Under the pieces are notes generated by a model. The model made no database searches, was not told where the DNA came from, and saw only the letters and a list, made by a program, of their open reading frames with translations. From positions 39,308,001 to 39,372,000 of the forward strand of contig OZ024758.1 of the NCBI GenBank assembly GCA_964016885.1: a stretch of 64,000 nt of DNA. The letters run 5' to 3'. The translations under genes and the position numbers were made by a program. Shown one piece after another: positions 15,361-31,700 of this stretch; the stretch's first letter is position 1, and each line of letters begins with the position of its first letter. The stretch comes from Eledone cirrhosa. Its lineage: Eukaryota.

Positions 15361-15849
15361 AGTGGAGTTACTTCTGACAGCTAGTACCATGAACTTAAAT
15401 GAATTCTCACCAACATTGGAGTTACTTCTGACAACTAATACCATGATTTAAATGAATTCTCACCAACAGTGGAGTTACTTCTGACAGCTAATACCATGAA
15501 CTTAAATGAATTCTCACCAACAGTGGAGTTACTTCTGACAGCTAATACCATGAACTTAAATGAATTCTCACCAACATTGGAGTTACTTCTGACAGCTAAT
15601 ACCATGACTTAAATGAATTCTCACCAACAGTGGAGTTACTTCTGACAGCTAATACCATGAACTTAAATGAATTCTCACCAACATTGGAGTTACTTCTGAC
15701 AGCTAGTACCATGAACTTAAATGAATTCTCACCAACAGTGGAGTTACTTCTGACAGCTAATACCATGAACTTAAATGAATTATCACCAACAGTGGAGTTC
15801 CTTCTGACAGCTAATACCATGAACTTAAATGAATTCTCACCAACATTGG

Positions 15850-17940
15850 AGTTACTTCTGACAGCTAGTACCATGACTTAAATGAATTCTCACCAACATT
15901 GGAGTTACTTCTGACAACTAATACCATGACTTAAATGAATTCTCACCAACAGTGGAGTTACTTCTGACAAACTAATACCATGAACTTAAATGAATTCTCA
16001 CCAACAGTGGAGTTACTTCTGACAGCTAGTACCATGAACTTAAATGAATTCTCACCAACAGTGGAGTTCCTTCTGACAGCTAATACCATGAACTTAAATG
16101 AATTCTCACCAACAGTGGAGTTACTTCTGACAGCTAATACCATGAACTTAAATGAATTCTCACCAACAGTGGAGTTACTTCTGACAGCTAGTACCATGAA
16201 CTTAAATGAATTCTCACCAACATTGGAGTTACTTCTGACAACTAATACCATGAATTAAATGAATTCTCACCAACAGTGGAGTTACTTCTGACAAACTAAT
16301 ACCATGAACTTAAATGAATTCTCACCAACAGTGGAGTTACTTCTGACAGCTAGTACCATGAACTTAAATGAATTCTCACCAACAGTGGAGTTACTTCTGA
16401 CAGCTAATACCATGAACTTAAATGAATTCTCACCAACAGTGGAGTTACTTCTGACAGGTAGTACCATGAACTTAAATGAATTCTCACCAACAGTGGAGTT
16501 ACTTCTGACAGCTAATACCATGAACTTAAATGAATTCTCACCAACAGTGGAGTTACTTCTGACAGCTAATACCATGAACTTAAATGAATTCTCACCAACA
16601 TTGGAGTTACTTCTGACAGCTAGTACCATGAACTTAAATGAATTCTCACCAACAGTGAAGTTACTTCTGACAGCTAATACCATGAACTTAAATGATTTCT
16701 CACCAACAGTGGAGTTCCTTCTGACAGCTAATACCATGAACTAAAATGAATTCTCACCAACATTGGAGTTACTTCTGACAGCTAGTACTATGACTTAAAT
16801 GAATTCTCACCAACATTGGAGTTACTTCTGACAACTAATACCATGACTTAAATGAATTCTCACCAACAGTGGAGTTACTTCTGACAAACTAATACCATGA
16901 ACTTAAATGAATTCTCACCAACAGTGGAGTTACTTCTGACAGCTAGTACCATGAACTTAAATGAATTCTCACCAACAGTGGAGTTACTTCTGACAGCTAA
17001 TACCATGAACTTAAATGAATTCTCACCAACAGTGGAGTTACTTCTGACAGCTAATACCATGAACTTAAATGAATTCTCACCAACAGTGGAGTTACTTCTG
17101 ACAGCTAGTACCATGAACTTAAATGAATTCTCACCAACATTGGAGTTACTTCTGACAACTAATACCATTAATTAAATGAATTCTCACCAACAGTGGAGTT
17201 ACTTCTGACAAACTAATACCATGAACTTAAATGAATTCTCACCAACAGTGGAGTTACTTCTGACAGCTAGTACCATGAACTTAAATGAATTCTCACCAAC
17301 AGTGGAGTTACTTCTGACAGCTAATACCATGAACTTAAATGAATTCTCACCAACAGTGGAGTTACTTCTGACAGGTAGTACCATGAACTTAAATGAATTC
17401 TCACCAACAGTGGAGTTACTTCTGACAGCTAATACCATGAACTTAAATGAATTCTCACCAACAGTGGAGTTACTTCTGACAGCTAATACCATGAACTTAA
17501 ATGAATTCTCACCAACATTGGAGTTACTTCTGACAGCTAGTACCATGAACTTAAATGAATTCTCACCAACAGTGAAGTTACTTCTGACAGCTAATACCAT
17601 GAACTTAAATGATTTCTCACCAACAGTGGAGTTCCTTCTGACAGCTAATACCATGAACTAAAATGAATTCTCACCAACATTGGAGTTACTTCTGACAGCT
17701 AGTACTATGACTTAAATGAATTCTCACCAACATTGGAGTTACTTCTGACAACTAATACCATGACTTAAATGAATTCTCACCAACAGTGGAGTTACTTCTG
17801 ACAAACTAATACCATGAACTTAAATGAATTCTCACCAACAGTGGAGTTACTTCTGACAGCTAGTACCATGAACTTAAATGAATTCTCACCAACAGTGGAG
17901 TTACTTCTGACAGCTAATACCATGAACTTAAATGAATTCT
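15850..17940 (+). repeat. Tandem duplication, period 917 bp (17 monomers)
   Basis: ORF pairs 15958/16875 and 16282/17199. Related 53-bp variants ATGAATTAAAT (about 16255) and ATTAATTAAAT (about 17172). Confidence 0.85.
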
Positions 17941-20900
17941 CACCAACAGTGGAGTTCCTTCTGACAGCTAATACCATGAACTTAAATGAATTCTAACCAA
18001 CATTGGAGTTACTTCTGACAGCTAGTACCATGACTTAAATGAATTCTCACCAACATTGGAGTTACTTCTGACAACAAATACCATGACTTAAATGAATTCT
18101 CACCAACAGTGGAGTTAGTTCTGACAAACTAATACCATGAACTTAAATGAATTCTCACCAACAGTGGAGTTACTTCTGACAGCTAGTACCATGAACTTAA
18201 ATGAATTCTCACCAACAATGGAGTTACTTCTGACAGCTAGTACCATGAACTTAAATGAATTCTCACCAACATTGGAGTTACTTCTGACAACTAATACCAT
18301 GACTTAAATGAATTCTCACCAACAGTGGAGTTACTTCTGACAAACTAATACCATGAACTTAAATGAATTCTCACCAACAGTGGAGTTACTTCTGAAATCT
18401 AGTACCATGACTTAAATGAATTCTCACCAACAATGGAGTTACTTCTGACAGCTAATACCATGACTTAAATGAATTCTCACCAACAGTGGAGTTACTTCTG
18501 ACAGCTAATACCATGAACTTAAATGAATTCTCACCAACAGTGGAGTTACTTCTGACAGCTAATACCATGAACTTAAATGAATTCTCACCAACAGTGGAGT
18601 TACTTCTGACAGCTAGTACCATGAACTTAAATGAATTCTCACCAACATTAGAGTTACTTCTGACAACTAATACCATGACTTAAATGAATTCTCACCAACA
18701 GTGGAGTTACTTCTGACAAACTAATACTATGAACTTAAATGAATTCTCACCAACAGTGGAGTTACTTCTGACAGCTAGTACCATGAACTTAAATGAATTC
18801 TCACCAACAGTGGAGTTACTTCTGACAGCTAATACCATGAACTTAAATGAATTCTCACCAACAGTGGAGTTACTTCTGACAGCTAATACCATGAACTTAA
18901 ATGAATTCTCACCAACATTGGAGTTACTTCTGACAGCTAATACCATGAACTTAAATGAATTCTCACCAACAGTGGAGTTACTTCTGACAGGTAGTACCAT
19001 GAACTTAAATGAATTCTCACCAACAGTGGAGTTCCTTCTGACAGCTAATACCATGAACTGAAATGAATTCTCACCAACAGTGGCGTTCCTTCTGACAGCT
19101 AATACCATGAACTTAAATGAATTCTCACCAACAGTGGAGTTACTTCTGACAGCTAGTACCATGACTTAAATGAATTCTCACCAACATTGGAGTTCCTTCT
19201 GACAGCTAATACCATGAACTTAAATGAATTCTCACCAACAGTGGAGTTCCTTCTGACAGCTAATACCATGAACTTAAATGAATTCTCACCAACATTGGAG
19301 TTACTTCTGACAACTAATACCATGACTTAAATGAATTCTCACCAACAGTGGAGTTACTTCTGACAAACTAATACCATGAACTTAAATGAATTCTCACCAA
19401 CAGTGGAGTTACTTCTGACAGCTAGTACCATTCTAACTTAAATGAATTCTCACCAACAGTGGAGTTACTTCTGACAGCTAATACCATGAACTTAAATGAA
19501 TTCTCACCAACAGTGGAGTTATTTCTGACAGCTAATACCATGAACTTAAATGAATTCTCACCAACATTGGAGTTACTTCTGACAGCTAATACAATGACTT
19601 AAATGAATTCTCACCAACACTGGAGTTACTTCTGATAGCTAATACCATGAACTTAAATGAATTCTCACCAACATTGGAGTTAATTCTGACAGCTAGTACC
19701 ATGAACTTAAATGAATTCTCACCAACAGTGGAGTTACTTCTGAGAGCTAATACCATGAACTTAAATGAATTCTCACCAACAGTGGAGTTCCTTCTGACAG
19801 CTAATACCATGAACTTAAATGAATTCTCACCAACATTGGAGTTACTTCTGACAGCTAGTACCATGACTTAAATGAATTCTCACCAACATTGGAGTTACTT
19901 CTGACAACTAATACCATGACTTAAATGAATTCTCACCAACAGTGGAGTTACTTCTGACAAACTAATACCATGAACTTAAATGAATTCTCACCAACAGTGG
20001 AGTTACTTCTGACAGCTAGTACCATGAACTTAAATGAATTCTCACCAACAGTGGAGTTCCTTCTGACAGCTAATACCATGAACTTAAATGAATTCTCACC
20101 AACAGTGGAGTTACTTCTGACAGCTAATACCATGAACTTAAATGAATTCTCACCAACAGTGGAGTTACTTCTGACAGCTAGTACCATGAACTTAAATGAA
20201 TTCTCACCAACATTGGAGTTACTTCTGACAACTAATACCATGACTTAAATGAATTCTCACCAACAGTGGAGTTACTTCTGACAGCTAATACCATGAACTT
20301 AAATGAATTCTCACCAACAGTGGAGTTACTTCTGACAGCTAGTACCATGAACTTAAATGAATTCTCACCAACATTGGAGTTACTTCTGACAACTAATACC
20401 ATGACTTAAATGAATTCTCACCAACAGTGGAGTTACTTCTGACAAACTAATACCATGAACTTAAATGAATTCTCACCAACAGTGGAGTTACTTCTGACAG
20501 CTAGTACCATGAACTTAAATGAATTCTCACCAACCGTGGAGTTACTTCTGACAGCTAATACCATGAACTTAAATGAATTCTCACCAACAGTGGAGTTACT
20601 TCTGACAGCTAATACCATGAACTTAAATGAATTCTCACCAACATTGGAGTTACTTCTGACAGCTAATACCATGAACTTAAATGAATTCTCACCAACAGTG
20701 GAGTTACTTCTGACAGCTAGTACCATGAACTTAAATGAATTCTCACCAACAGTGGAGTTACTTCTGACAGCTAATACCATGAACTTAAATGAATTCTCAC
20801 CAACAGTGGAGTTACTTCTGACAGCTAATACCATGAACTTAAATGAATTCTCACCAACATTGGAGTTACTTCTGACAGCTAGTACCATGAACTTAAATGA

Positions 20901-22779
20901 ATTCTCACCAACAGTGAAGTTACTTCTGACAGCTAATACCATGAACTTAAATGATTTCTCACCAACAGTGGAGTTCCTTCTGACAGCTAATACCATGAAC
21001 TAAAATGAATTCTCACCAACATTGGAGTTACTTCTGACAGCTAGTACCATGACTTAAATGAATTCTCACCAACATTGGAGTTACTTCTGACAACTAATAC
21101 CATGACTTAAATGAATTCTCACCAACAGTGGAGTTACTTCTGACAAACTAATACCATGAACTTAAATGAATTCTCACCAACACTGGAGTTACTTCTGACA
21201 GCTAGTACCATGAACTTAAATGAATTCTCACCAACAGTGGAGTTATTTCTGACAGCTAATACCATGAACTTAAATGAATTCTCACCAACAGTGGAGTTCC
21301 TTCTGACAGCTAATACCATGAACTTAAATGAATTCTAACCAACATTGGAGTTACTTCTGACAGCTAGTACCATGACTTAAATGAATTCTCACCAACATTG
21401 GAGTTACTTCTGACAACTAATACCATGACTTAAATGAATTCTCACCAACAGTGGAGTTACTTCTGACAAACTAATACCATGAACTTAAATGAATTCTCAC
21501 CAACAGTGGAGTTACTTCTGAGAGCTAGTACCATGAACTTAAATGAATTCTCACCAACATTGGAGTTACTTCTGACAACTAATACCATGATTTAAATGAA
21601 TTCTCACCAACAGTGGAGTTACTTCTGACAGCTAATACCATGAACTTAAATGAATTCTCACCAACAGTGGAGTTACTTCTGACAGCTAATACCATGAACT
21701 TAAATGAATTCTCACCAACATTGGAGTTACTTCTGACAGCTAATACCATGACTTAAATGAATTCTCACCAACAGTGGAGTTACTTCTGACAGCTAATACC
21801 ATGAACTTAAATGAATTCTCACCAACATTGGAGTTACTTCTGACAGCTAATACCATGACTTAAATGAATTCTCACCAACAGTGGAGTTACTTCTGACAGC
21901 TAATACCATGAACTTAAATGAATTCTCACCAACATTGGAGTTACTTCTGACAGCTAGTACCATGAACTTAAATGAATTCTCACCAACAGTGGAGTTACTT
22001 CTGACAGCTAGTACCATGAACTTAAATGAATTCTCACCAACATTGGAGTTACTTCTGACAACTAATACCATGACTTAAATGAATTCTCACCAACAGTGGA
22101 GTTACTTCTGACAAACTAATACCATGAACTTAAATGAATTCTCACCAACAGTGGAGTTACTTCTGACAGCTAATACCATGAACTTAAATGAATTATCACC
22201 AACAGTGGAGTTACTTCTGACAGCTAGTACCATGAACTTAAATGAATTCTCACCAACATTGGAGTTACTTCTGACAACTAATACCATGACTTAAATGAAT
22301 TCTCACCAACAGTGGAGTTACTTCTGACAAACTAATACCATGAACTTAAATGAATTCTCACCAACAGTGGAGTTACTTCTGACAGCTAGTACCATGAACT
22401 TAAATGAATTCTCACCAACAGTGGAGTTACTTCTGACAGCTAATACCATGAACTTAAATGAATTCTCACCAACAGTGGAGTTACTTCTGACAGCTAATAC
22501 CATGAACTTAAATGAATTCTCACCAACATTGGAGTTACTTCTGACAGCTAATACCATGAACTTAAATGAATTCTCACCAACAGTGGAGTTACTTCTGACA
22601 GCTAGTACCATGAACTTAAATGAATTCTCACCAACAGTGGAGTTACTTCTGACAGCTAATACCATGAACTTAAATGAATTCTCACCAACAGTGGAGTTAC
22701 TTCTGACAGCTAATACCATGAACTTAAATGATTTCTCACCAACAGTGGAGTTCCTTCTGACAGCTAATACCATGAACTT

Positions 22780-23880
22780 AAATGAATTCTCACCAACAGT
22801 GGAGTTCCTTCTGACAGCTAATACCATGAACTTAAATGAATTCTAACCAACATTGGAGTTACTTCTGACAGCTAGTACCATGACTTAAATGAATTCTCAC
22901 CAACATTGGAGTTACTTCTGACAACTAATACCATGACTTAAATGAATTCTCACCAACAGTGGAGTTAGTTCTGACAAACTAATACCATGAACTTAAATGA
23001 ATTCTCACCAACAGTGGAGTTACTTCTGACAGCTAGTACCATGAACTTAAATGAATTCTCACCAACAATGGAGTTACTTCTTACAGCTAGTACCATGAAC
23101 TTAAATGAATTCTCACCAACATTGGAGTTACTTCTGACAACTAATACCATGACTTAAATGAATTCTCACCAACAGTGGAGTTACTTCTGACAAACTAATA
23201 CCATGAACTTAAATGAATTCTCACCAACAGTGGAGTTAATTCTGACAGCTAGTACCATTCTAACTTAAATGAATTCTCACCAACAGTGGAGTTACTTCTG
23301 ACAGCTAATACCATGAACTTAAATGAATTCTCACCAACAGTGGAGTTCCTTCTGACAGCTAATACCATGAACTTAAATGAATTCTAACCAACATTGGAGT
23401 TACTTCTGACAGCTAGTACCATGACTTAAATGAATTCTCACCAACATTGGAGTTACTTCTGACAACTAATACCATGACTTAAATGAATTCTCACCAACAG
23501 TGGAGTTAGTTCTGACAAACTAATACCATGAACTTAAATGAATTCTCACCAACAGTGGAGTTACTTCTGACAGCTAGTACCATGAACTTAAATGAATTCT
23601 CACCAACAATGGAGTTACTTCTTACAGCTAGTACCATGAACTTAAATGAATTCTCACCAACATTGGAGTTACTTCTGACAACTAATACCATGACTTAAAT
23701 GAATTCTCACCAACAGTGGAGTTACTTCTGACAAACTAATACCATGAACTTAAATGAATTCTCACCAACAGTGGAGTTAATTCTGACAGCTAGTACCATT
23801 CTAACTTAAATGAATTCTCACCAACAGTGGAGTTACTTCTGACAGCTAATACCATGAACTTAAATGAATTCTCACCAACA
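22780..23880 (+). repeat. Tandem duplication, period 541 bp (10 monomers)
   Basis: ORF pair 22965/23506. The CTTCTTACAG, GTTAATTC and CATTCTAAC variants repeat at +541. Confidence 0.85.
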
Positions 23881-25739
23881 GTGGAGTTACTTCTGACAGC
23901 TAATACCATGAACTTAAATGAATTCTCACCAACATTGGAGTTACTTCTGACAGCTAATACAATGACTTAAATGAATTCTCACCAACACTGGAGTTACTTC
24001 TGACAGCTAATACCATGAACTTAAATGAATTCTCACCAACATTGGAGTTACTTCTGACAGCTAGTACCATGAACTTAAATGAATTCTCACCAACAGTGGA
24101 GTTACTTCTGACAGCTAATACCATGAACTTAAATGAATTCTCACCAACAGTGGAGTTCCATCTGACAGCTAATACCATGAACTTAAATGAATTCTCACCA
24201 ACATTGGAGTTACTTCTGACAGCTAGTACCATGACTTAAATGAATTCTCACCAACATTGGAGTTACTTCTGACAACTAATACCATGACTTAAATGAATTC
24301 TCACCAACAGTGGAGTTACTTCTGACAAACTAATACCATGAACTTAAATGAATTCTCACCAACAGTGGAGTTACTTCTGACAGCTAGTACCATGAACTTA
24401 AATGAATTCTCACCAACAGTGGAGTTCCTTCTGACAGCTAATACCATGAACTTAAATGAATTCTCACCAACAGTGGAGTTACTTCTGACAGCTAATACCA
24501 TGAACTTAAATGAATTCTCACCAACAGTGGAGTTACTTCTGACAGCTAGTACCATGAACTTAAATGAATTCTCACCAACATTGGAGTTACTTCTGACAAC
24601 TAATACCATGACTTAAATGAATTCTCACCAACAGTGGAGTTACTTCTGACAGCTAATACCATGAACTTAAATGAATTCTCACCAACAGTGGAGTTACTTC
24701 TGACAGCTAGTACCATGAACTTAAATGAATTCTCACCAACATTGGAGTTACTTCTGACAACTAATACCATGACTTAAATGAATTCTCACCAACAGTGGAG
24801 TTACTTCTGACAAACTAATACCATGAACTTAAATGAATTCTCACCAACAGTGGAGTTACTTCTGACAGCTAGTACCATGAACTTAAATGAATTCTCACCA
24901 ACCGTGGAGTTACTTCTGACAGCTAATACCATGAACTTAAATGAATTCTCACCAACAGTGGAGTTCCTTCTGACAGCTAATACCATGAACTTAAATGAAT
25001 TCTAACCAACATTGGAGTTACTTCTGACAGCTAGTACCATGACTTAAATGAATTCTCACCAACATTGGAGTTACTTCTGACAACTAATACCATGACTTAA
25101 ATGAATTCTCACCAACAGTGGAGTTAGTTCTGACAAACTAATACCATGAACTTAAATGAATTCTCACCAACAGTGGAGTTACTTCTGACAGCTAGTACCA
25201 TGAACTTAAATGAATTCTCACCAACAATGGAGTTACTTCTTACAGCTAGTACCATGAACTTAAATGAATTCTCACCAACATTGGAGTTACTTCTGACAAC
25301 TAATACCATGACTTAAATGAATTCTCACCAACAGTGGAGTTACTTCTGACAGCTAATACCATGAACTTAAATGAATTCTCACCAACAGTGGAGTTACTTC
25401 TGACAGCTAATACCATGAACTTAAATGAATTCTCACCAACAGTGGAGTTACTTCTGACAGCTAGTACCATGAACTTAAATGAATTCTCACCAACATTAGA
25501 GTTACTTCTGACAACTAATACCATGACTTAAATGAATTCTCACCAACAGAGGAGTTACTTCTGACAAACTAATACTATGAACTTAAATGAATTCTCACCA
25601 ACAGTGGAGTTACTTCTGACAGCTAGTACCATGAACTTAAATGAATTCTCACCAACAGTGGAGTTACTTCTGACAGCTAATACCATGAACTTAAATGAAT
25701 TCTCACCAACAGTGGAGTTACTTCTGACAGCTAATACCA

Positions 25740-28700
25740 TGAACTTAAATGAATTCTCACCAACATTGGAGTTACTTCTGACAGCTAATACCATGAACTT
25801 AAATGAATTCTCACCAACAGTGGAGTTACTTCTGACAGGTAGTACCATGAACTTAAATGAATTCTCACCAACAGTGGAGTTCCTTCTGACAGCTAATACC
25901 ATGAACTTAAATGAATTCTCACCAACAGTGGCGTTCCTTCTGACAGCTAATACCATGAACTTAAATGAATTCTCACCAACAGTGGAGTTACTTCTGCCAG
26001 CTAGTACCATGACTTAAATGAATTCTCACCAACATTGGAGTTCCTTCTGACAGCTAATACCATGAACTTAAATGAATTCTCACCAACAGTGGAGTTCCTT
26101 CTGACAGCTAATACCATGAACTTAAATGAATTCTCACCAACATTGGAGTTACTTCTGACAACTAATACCATGACTTAAATGAATTCTCACCAACAGTGGA
26201 GTTACTTCTGACAAACTAATACCATGAACTTAAATGAATTCTCACCAACAGTGGAGTTAATTCTGACAGCTAGTACCATTCTAACTTAAATGAATTCTCA
26301 CCAACAGTGGAGTTACTTCTGACAGCTAATACCATGAACTTAAATGAATTCTCACCAACAGTGGAGTTACTTCTGACAGCTAATACCATGAACTTAAATG
26401 AATTCTCACCAACATTGGAGTTACTTCTGACAGCTAATACAATGACTTAAATGAATTCTCACCAACACTGGAGTTACTTCTGACAGCTAATACCATGAAC
26501 TTAAATGAATTCTCACCAACATTGGAGTTACTTCTGACAGCTAGTACCATGAACTTAAATGAATTCTCACCAACAGTGGAGTTACTTCTGACAGCTAATA
26601 CCATGAACTTAAATGAATTCTCACCAACAGTGGAGTTCCATCTGACAGCTAATACCATGAACTTAAATGAATTCTCACCAACATTGGAGTTACTTCTGAC
26701 AGCTAGTACCATGACTTAAATGAATTCTCACCAACATTGGAGTTACTTCTGACAACTAATACCATGACTTAAATGAATTCTCACCAACAGTGGAGTTACT
26801 TCTGACAGCTAATACCATGAACTTAAATGAATTCTCACCAACAGTGGAGTTACTTCTGACAGCTAGTACCATGAACTTAAATGAATTCTCACCAACATTG
26901 GAGTTACTTCTGACAACTAATACCATGACTTAAATGAATTCTCACCAACAGTGGAGTTACTTCTGACAAACTAATACCATGAACTTAAATGAATTCTCAC
27001 CAACAGTGGAGTTACTTCTGACAGCTAGTACCATGAACTTAAATGAATTCTCACCAACCGTGGAGTTACTTCTGACAGCTAATACCATGAACTTAAATGA
27101 ATTCTCACCAACAGTGGAGTTACTTCTGACAGCTAATACCATGAACTTAAATGAATTCTCACCAACAGTGGAGTTCCATCTGACAGCTAATACCATGAAC
27201 TTAAATGAATTCTCACCAACATTGGAGTTACTTCTGACAGCTAGTACCATGACTTAAATGAATTCTCACCAACATTGGAGTTACTTCTGACAACTAATAC
27301 CATGACTTAAATGAATTCTCACCAACAGTGGAGTTACTTCTGACAAACTAATACCATGAACTTAAATGAATTCTCACCAACAGTGGAGTTACTTCTGACA
27401 GCTAGTACCATGAACTTAAATGAATTCTCACCAACAGTGGAGTTCCTTCTGACAGCTAATACCATGAACTTAAATGAATTCTCACCAACAGTGGAGTTAC
27501 TTCTGACAGCTAATACCATGAACTTAAATGAATTCTCACCAACAGTGGAGTTACTTCTGACAGCTAGTACCATGAACTTAAATGAATTCTCACCAACATT
27601 GGAGTTACTTCTGACAACTAATACCATGACTTAAATGAATTCTCACCAACAGTGGAGTTACTTCTGACAGCTAATACCATGAACTTAAATGAATTCTCAC
27701 CAACAGTGGAGTTACTTCTGACAGCTAGTACCATGAACTTAAATGAATTCTCACCAACATTGGAGTTACTTCTGACAACTAATACCATGACTTAAATGAA
27801 TTCTCACCAACAGTGGAGTTACTTCTGACAAACTAATACCATGAACTTAAATGAATTCTCACCAACAGTGGAGTTACTTCTGACAGCTAGTACCATGAAC
27901 TTAAATGAATTCTCACCAACCGTGGAGTTACTTCTGACAGCTAATACCATGAACTTAAATGAATTCTCACCAACAGTGGAGTTACTTCTGACAGCTAATA
28001 CTATGAACTTAAATGAATTCTCACCAACATTGGAGTTACTTCTGACAGCTAATACCATGAACTTAAATGAATTCTCACCAACAGTGGAGTTACTTCTGAC
28101 AGCTAGTACCATGAACTTAAATGAATTCTCACCAACAGTGGAGTTACTTCTGACAGCTAATACCATGAACTTAAATGAATTCTCACCAACAGTGGAGTTA
28201 CTTCTGACAGCTAATACCATGAACTTAAATGAATTCTCACCAACATTGGAGTTACTTCTGACAGCTAGTACCATGAACTTAAATGAATTCTCACCAACAG
28301 TGAAGTTACTTCTGACAGCTAATACCATGAACTTAAATGATTTCTCACCAACAGTGGAGTTCCTTCTGACAGCTAATACCATGAACTAAAATGAATTCTC
28401 ACCAACATTGGAGTTACTTCTGACAGCTGGTACCATGACTTAAATGAATTCTCACCAACATTGGAGTTACTTCTGACAACTAATACCATGACTTAAATGA
28501 ATTCTCACCAACAGTGGAGTTACTTCTGACAAACTAATACCATGAACTTAAATGAATTCTCACCAACACTGGAGTTACTTCTGACAGCTAGTACCATGAA
28601 CTTAAATGAATTCTCACCAACAGTGGAGTTATTTCTGACAGCTAATACCATGAACTTAAATGAATTCTCACCAACAGTGGAGTTCCTTCTGACAGCTAAT

Positions 28701-31700
28701 ACCATGAACTTAAATGAATTCTAACCAACATTGGAGTTACTTCTGACAGCTAGTACCATGACTTAAATGAATTCTCACCAACATTGGAGTTACTTCTGAC
28801 AACTAATACCATGACTTAAATGAATTCTCACCAACAGTGGAGTAACTTCTGACAAACTAATACCATGAACTTAAATGAATTCTCACCAACAGTGGAGTTA
28901 CTTCTAACAGCTAGTACCATGAACTTAAATGAATTCTCACCAACATTGGAGTTACTTCTGACAACTAATACCATGATTTAAATGAATTCTCACCAACAGT
29001 GGAGTTACTTCTGACAGCTAATACCATGAACTTAAATGAATTCTCACCAACAGTGGAGTTACTTCTGACAGCTAATACCATGAACTTAAATGAATTCTCA
29101 CCAACATTGGAGTTACTTCTGACAGCTAATACCATGACTTAAATGAATTCTCACCAACAGTGGAGTTACTTCTGACAGCTAATACCATGAACTTAAATGA
29201 ATTCTCACCAACATTGGAGTTACTTCTGACAGCTAATACCATGACTTAAATGAATTCTCACCAACAGTGGAGTTACTTCTGACAGCTAATACCATGAACT
29301 TAAATGAATTCTCACCAACATTGGAGTTACTTCTGACAGCTAGTACCATGAACTTAAATGAATTCTCACCAACAGTGGAGTTACTTCTGACAGCTAATAC
29401 CATGAACTTAAATGAATTCTCACCAACAGTGGAGTTACTTCTGACAGCTAGTACCATGAACTTAAATGAATTCTCACCAACATTGGAGTTACTTCTGACA
29501 GCTAATACCATGAACTTAAATGAATTCTCACCAACAGTGGAGTTACTTCTGACAGGTAGTACCATGAACTTAAATGAATTCTCACCAACAGTGGAGTTCC
29601 TTCTGACAGCTAATACCATGAACTTAAATGAATTCTCACCAACAGTGGCGTTCCTTCTGACAGCTAATACCATGAACTTAAATGAATTCTCACCAACAGT
29701 GGAGTTACTTCTGCCAGCTAGTACCATGACTTAAATGAATTCTCACCAACATTGGAGTTCCTTCTGACAGCTAATACCATGAACTTAAATGAATTCTCAC
29801 CAACAGTGGAGTTCCTTCTGACAGCTAATACCATGAACTTAAATGAATTCTCACCAACATTGGAGTTACTTCTGACAACTAATACCATGACTTAAATGAA
29901 TTCTCACCAACAGTGGAGTTACTTCTGACAAACTAATACCATGAACTTAAATGAATTCTCACCAACAGTGGAGTTAATTCTGACAGCTAGTACCATTCTA
30001 ACTTAAATGAATTCTCACCAACAGTGGAGTTACTTCTGACAGCTAATACCATGAACTTAAATGAATTCTCACCAACAGTGGAGTTACTTCTGACAGCTAA
30101 TACCATGAACTTAAATGAATTCTCACCAACATTGGAGTTACTTCTGACAGCTAATACAATGACTTAAATGAATTCTCACCAACACTGGAGTTACTTCTGA
30201 CAGCTAATACCATGAACTTAAATGAATTCTCACCAACATTGGAGTTACTTCTGACAGCTAGTACCATGAACTTAAATGAATTCTCACCAACAGTGGAGTT
30301 ACTTCTGACAGCTAATACCATGAACTTAAATGAATTCTCACCAACAGTGGAGTTCCATCTGACAGCTAATACCATGAACTTAAATGAATTCTCACCAACA
30401 TTGGAGTTACTTCTGACAGCTAGTACCATGACTTAAATGAATTCTCACCAACATTGGAGTTACTTCTGACAACTAATACCATGACTTAAATGAATTCTCA
30501 CCAACAGTGGAGTTACTTCTGACAGCTAATACCATGAACTTAAATGAATTCTCACCAACAGTGGAGTTACTTCTGACAGCTAGTACCATGAACTTAAATG
30601 AATTCTCACCAACATTGGAGTTACTTCTGACAACTAATACCATGACTTAAATGAATTCTCACCAACAGTGGAGTTACTTCTGACAAACTAATACCATGAA
30701 CTTAAATGAATTCTCACCAACAGTGGAGTTACTTCTGACAGCTAGTACCATGAACTTAAATGAATTCTCACCAACCGTGGAGTTACTTCTGACAGCTAAT
30801 ACCATGAACTTAAATGAATTCTCACCAACAGTGGAGTTACTTCTGACAGCTAATACCATGAACTTAAATGAATTCTCACCAACAGTGGAGTTCCATCTGA
30901 CAGCTAATACCATGAACTTAAATGAATTCTCACCAACATTGGAGTTACTTCTGACAGCTAGTACCATGACTTAAATGAATTCTCACCAACATTGGAGTTA
31001 CTTCTGACAACTAATACCATGACTTAAATGAATTCTCACCAACAGTGGAGTTACTTCTGACAAACTAATACCATGAACTTAAATGAATTCTCACCAACAG
31101 TGGAGTTACTTCTGACAGCTAGTACCATGAACTTAAATGAATTCTCACCAACAGTGGAGTTCCTTCTGACAGCTAATACCATGAACTTAAATGAATTCTC
31201 ACCAACAGTGGAGTTACTTCTGACAGCTAATACCATGAACTTAAATGAATTCTCACCAACAGTGGAGTTACTTCTGACAGCTAGTACCATGAACTTAAAT
31301 GAATTCTCACCAACATTGGAGTTACTTCTGACAACTAATACCATGACTTAAATGAATTCTCACCAACAGTGGAGTTACTTCTGACAGCTAATACCATGAA
31401 CTTAAATGAATTCTCACCAACAGTGGAGTTACTTCTGACAGCTAGTACCATGAACTTAAATGAATTCTCACCAACATTGGAGTTACTTCTGACAACTAAT
31501 ACCATGACTTAAATGAATTCTCACCAACAGTGGAGTTACTTCTGACAAACTAATACCATGAACTTAAATGAATTCTCACCAACAGTGGAGTTACTTCTGA
31601 CAGCTAGTACCATGAACTTAAATGAATTCTCACCAACCGTGGAGTTACTTCTGACAGCTAATACCATGAACTTAAATGAATTCTCACCAACAGTGGAGTT

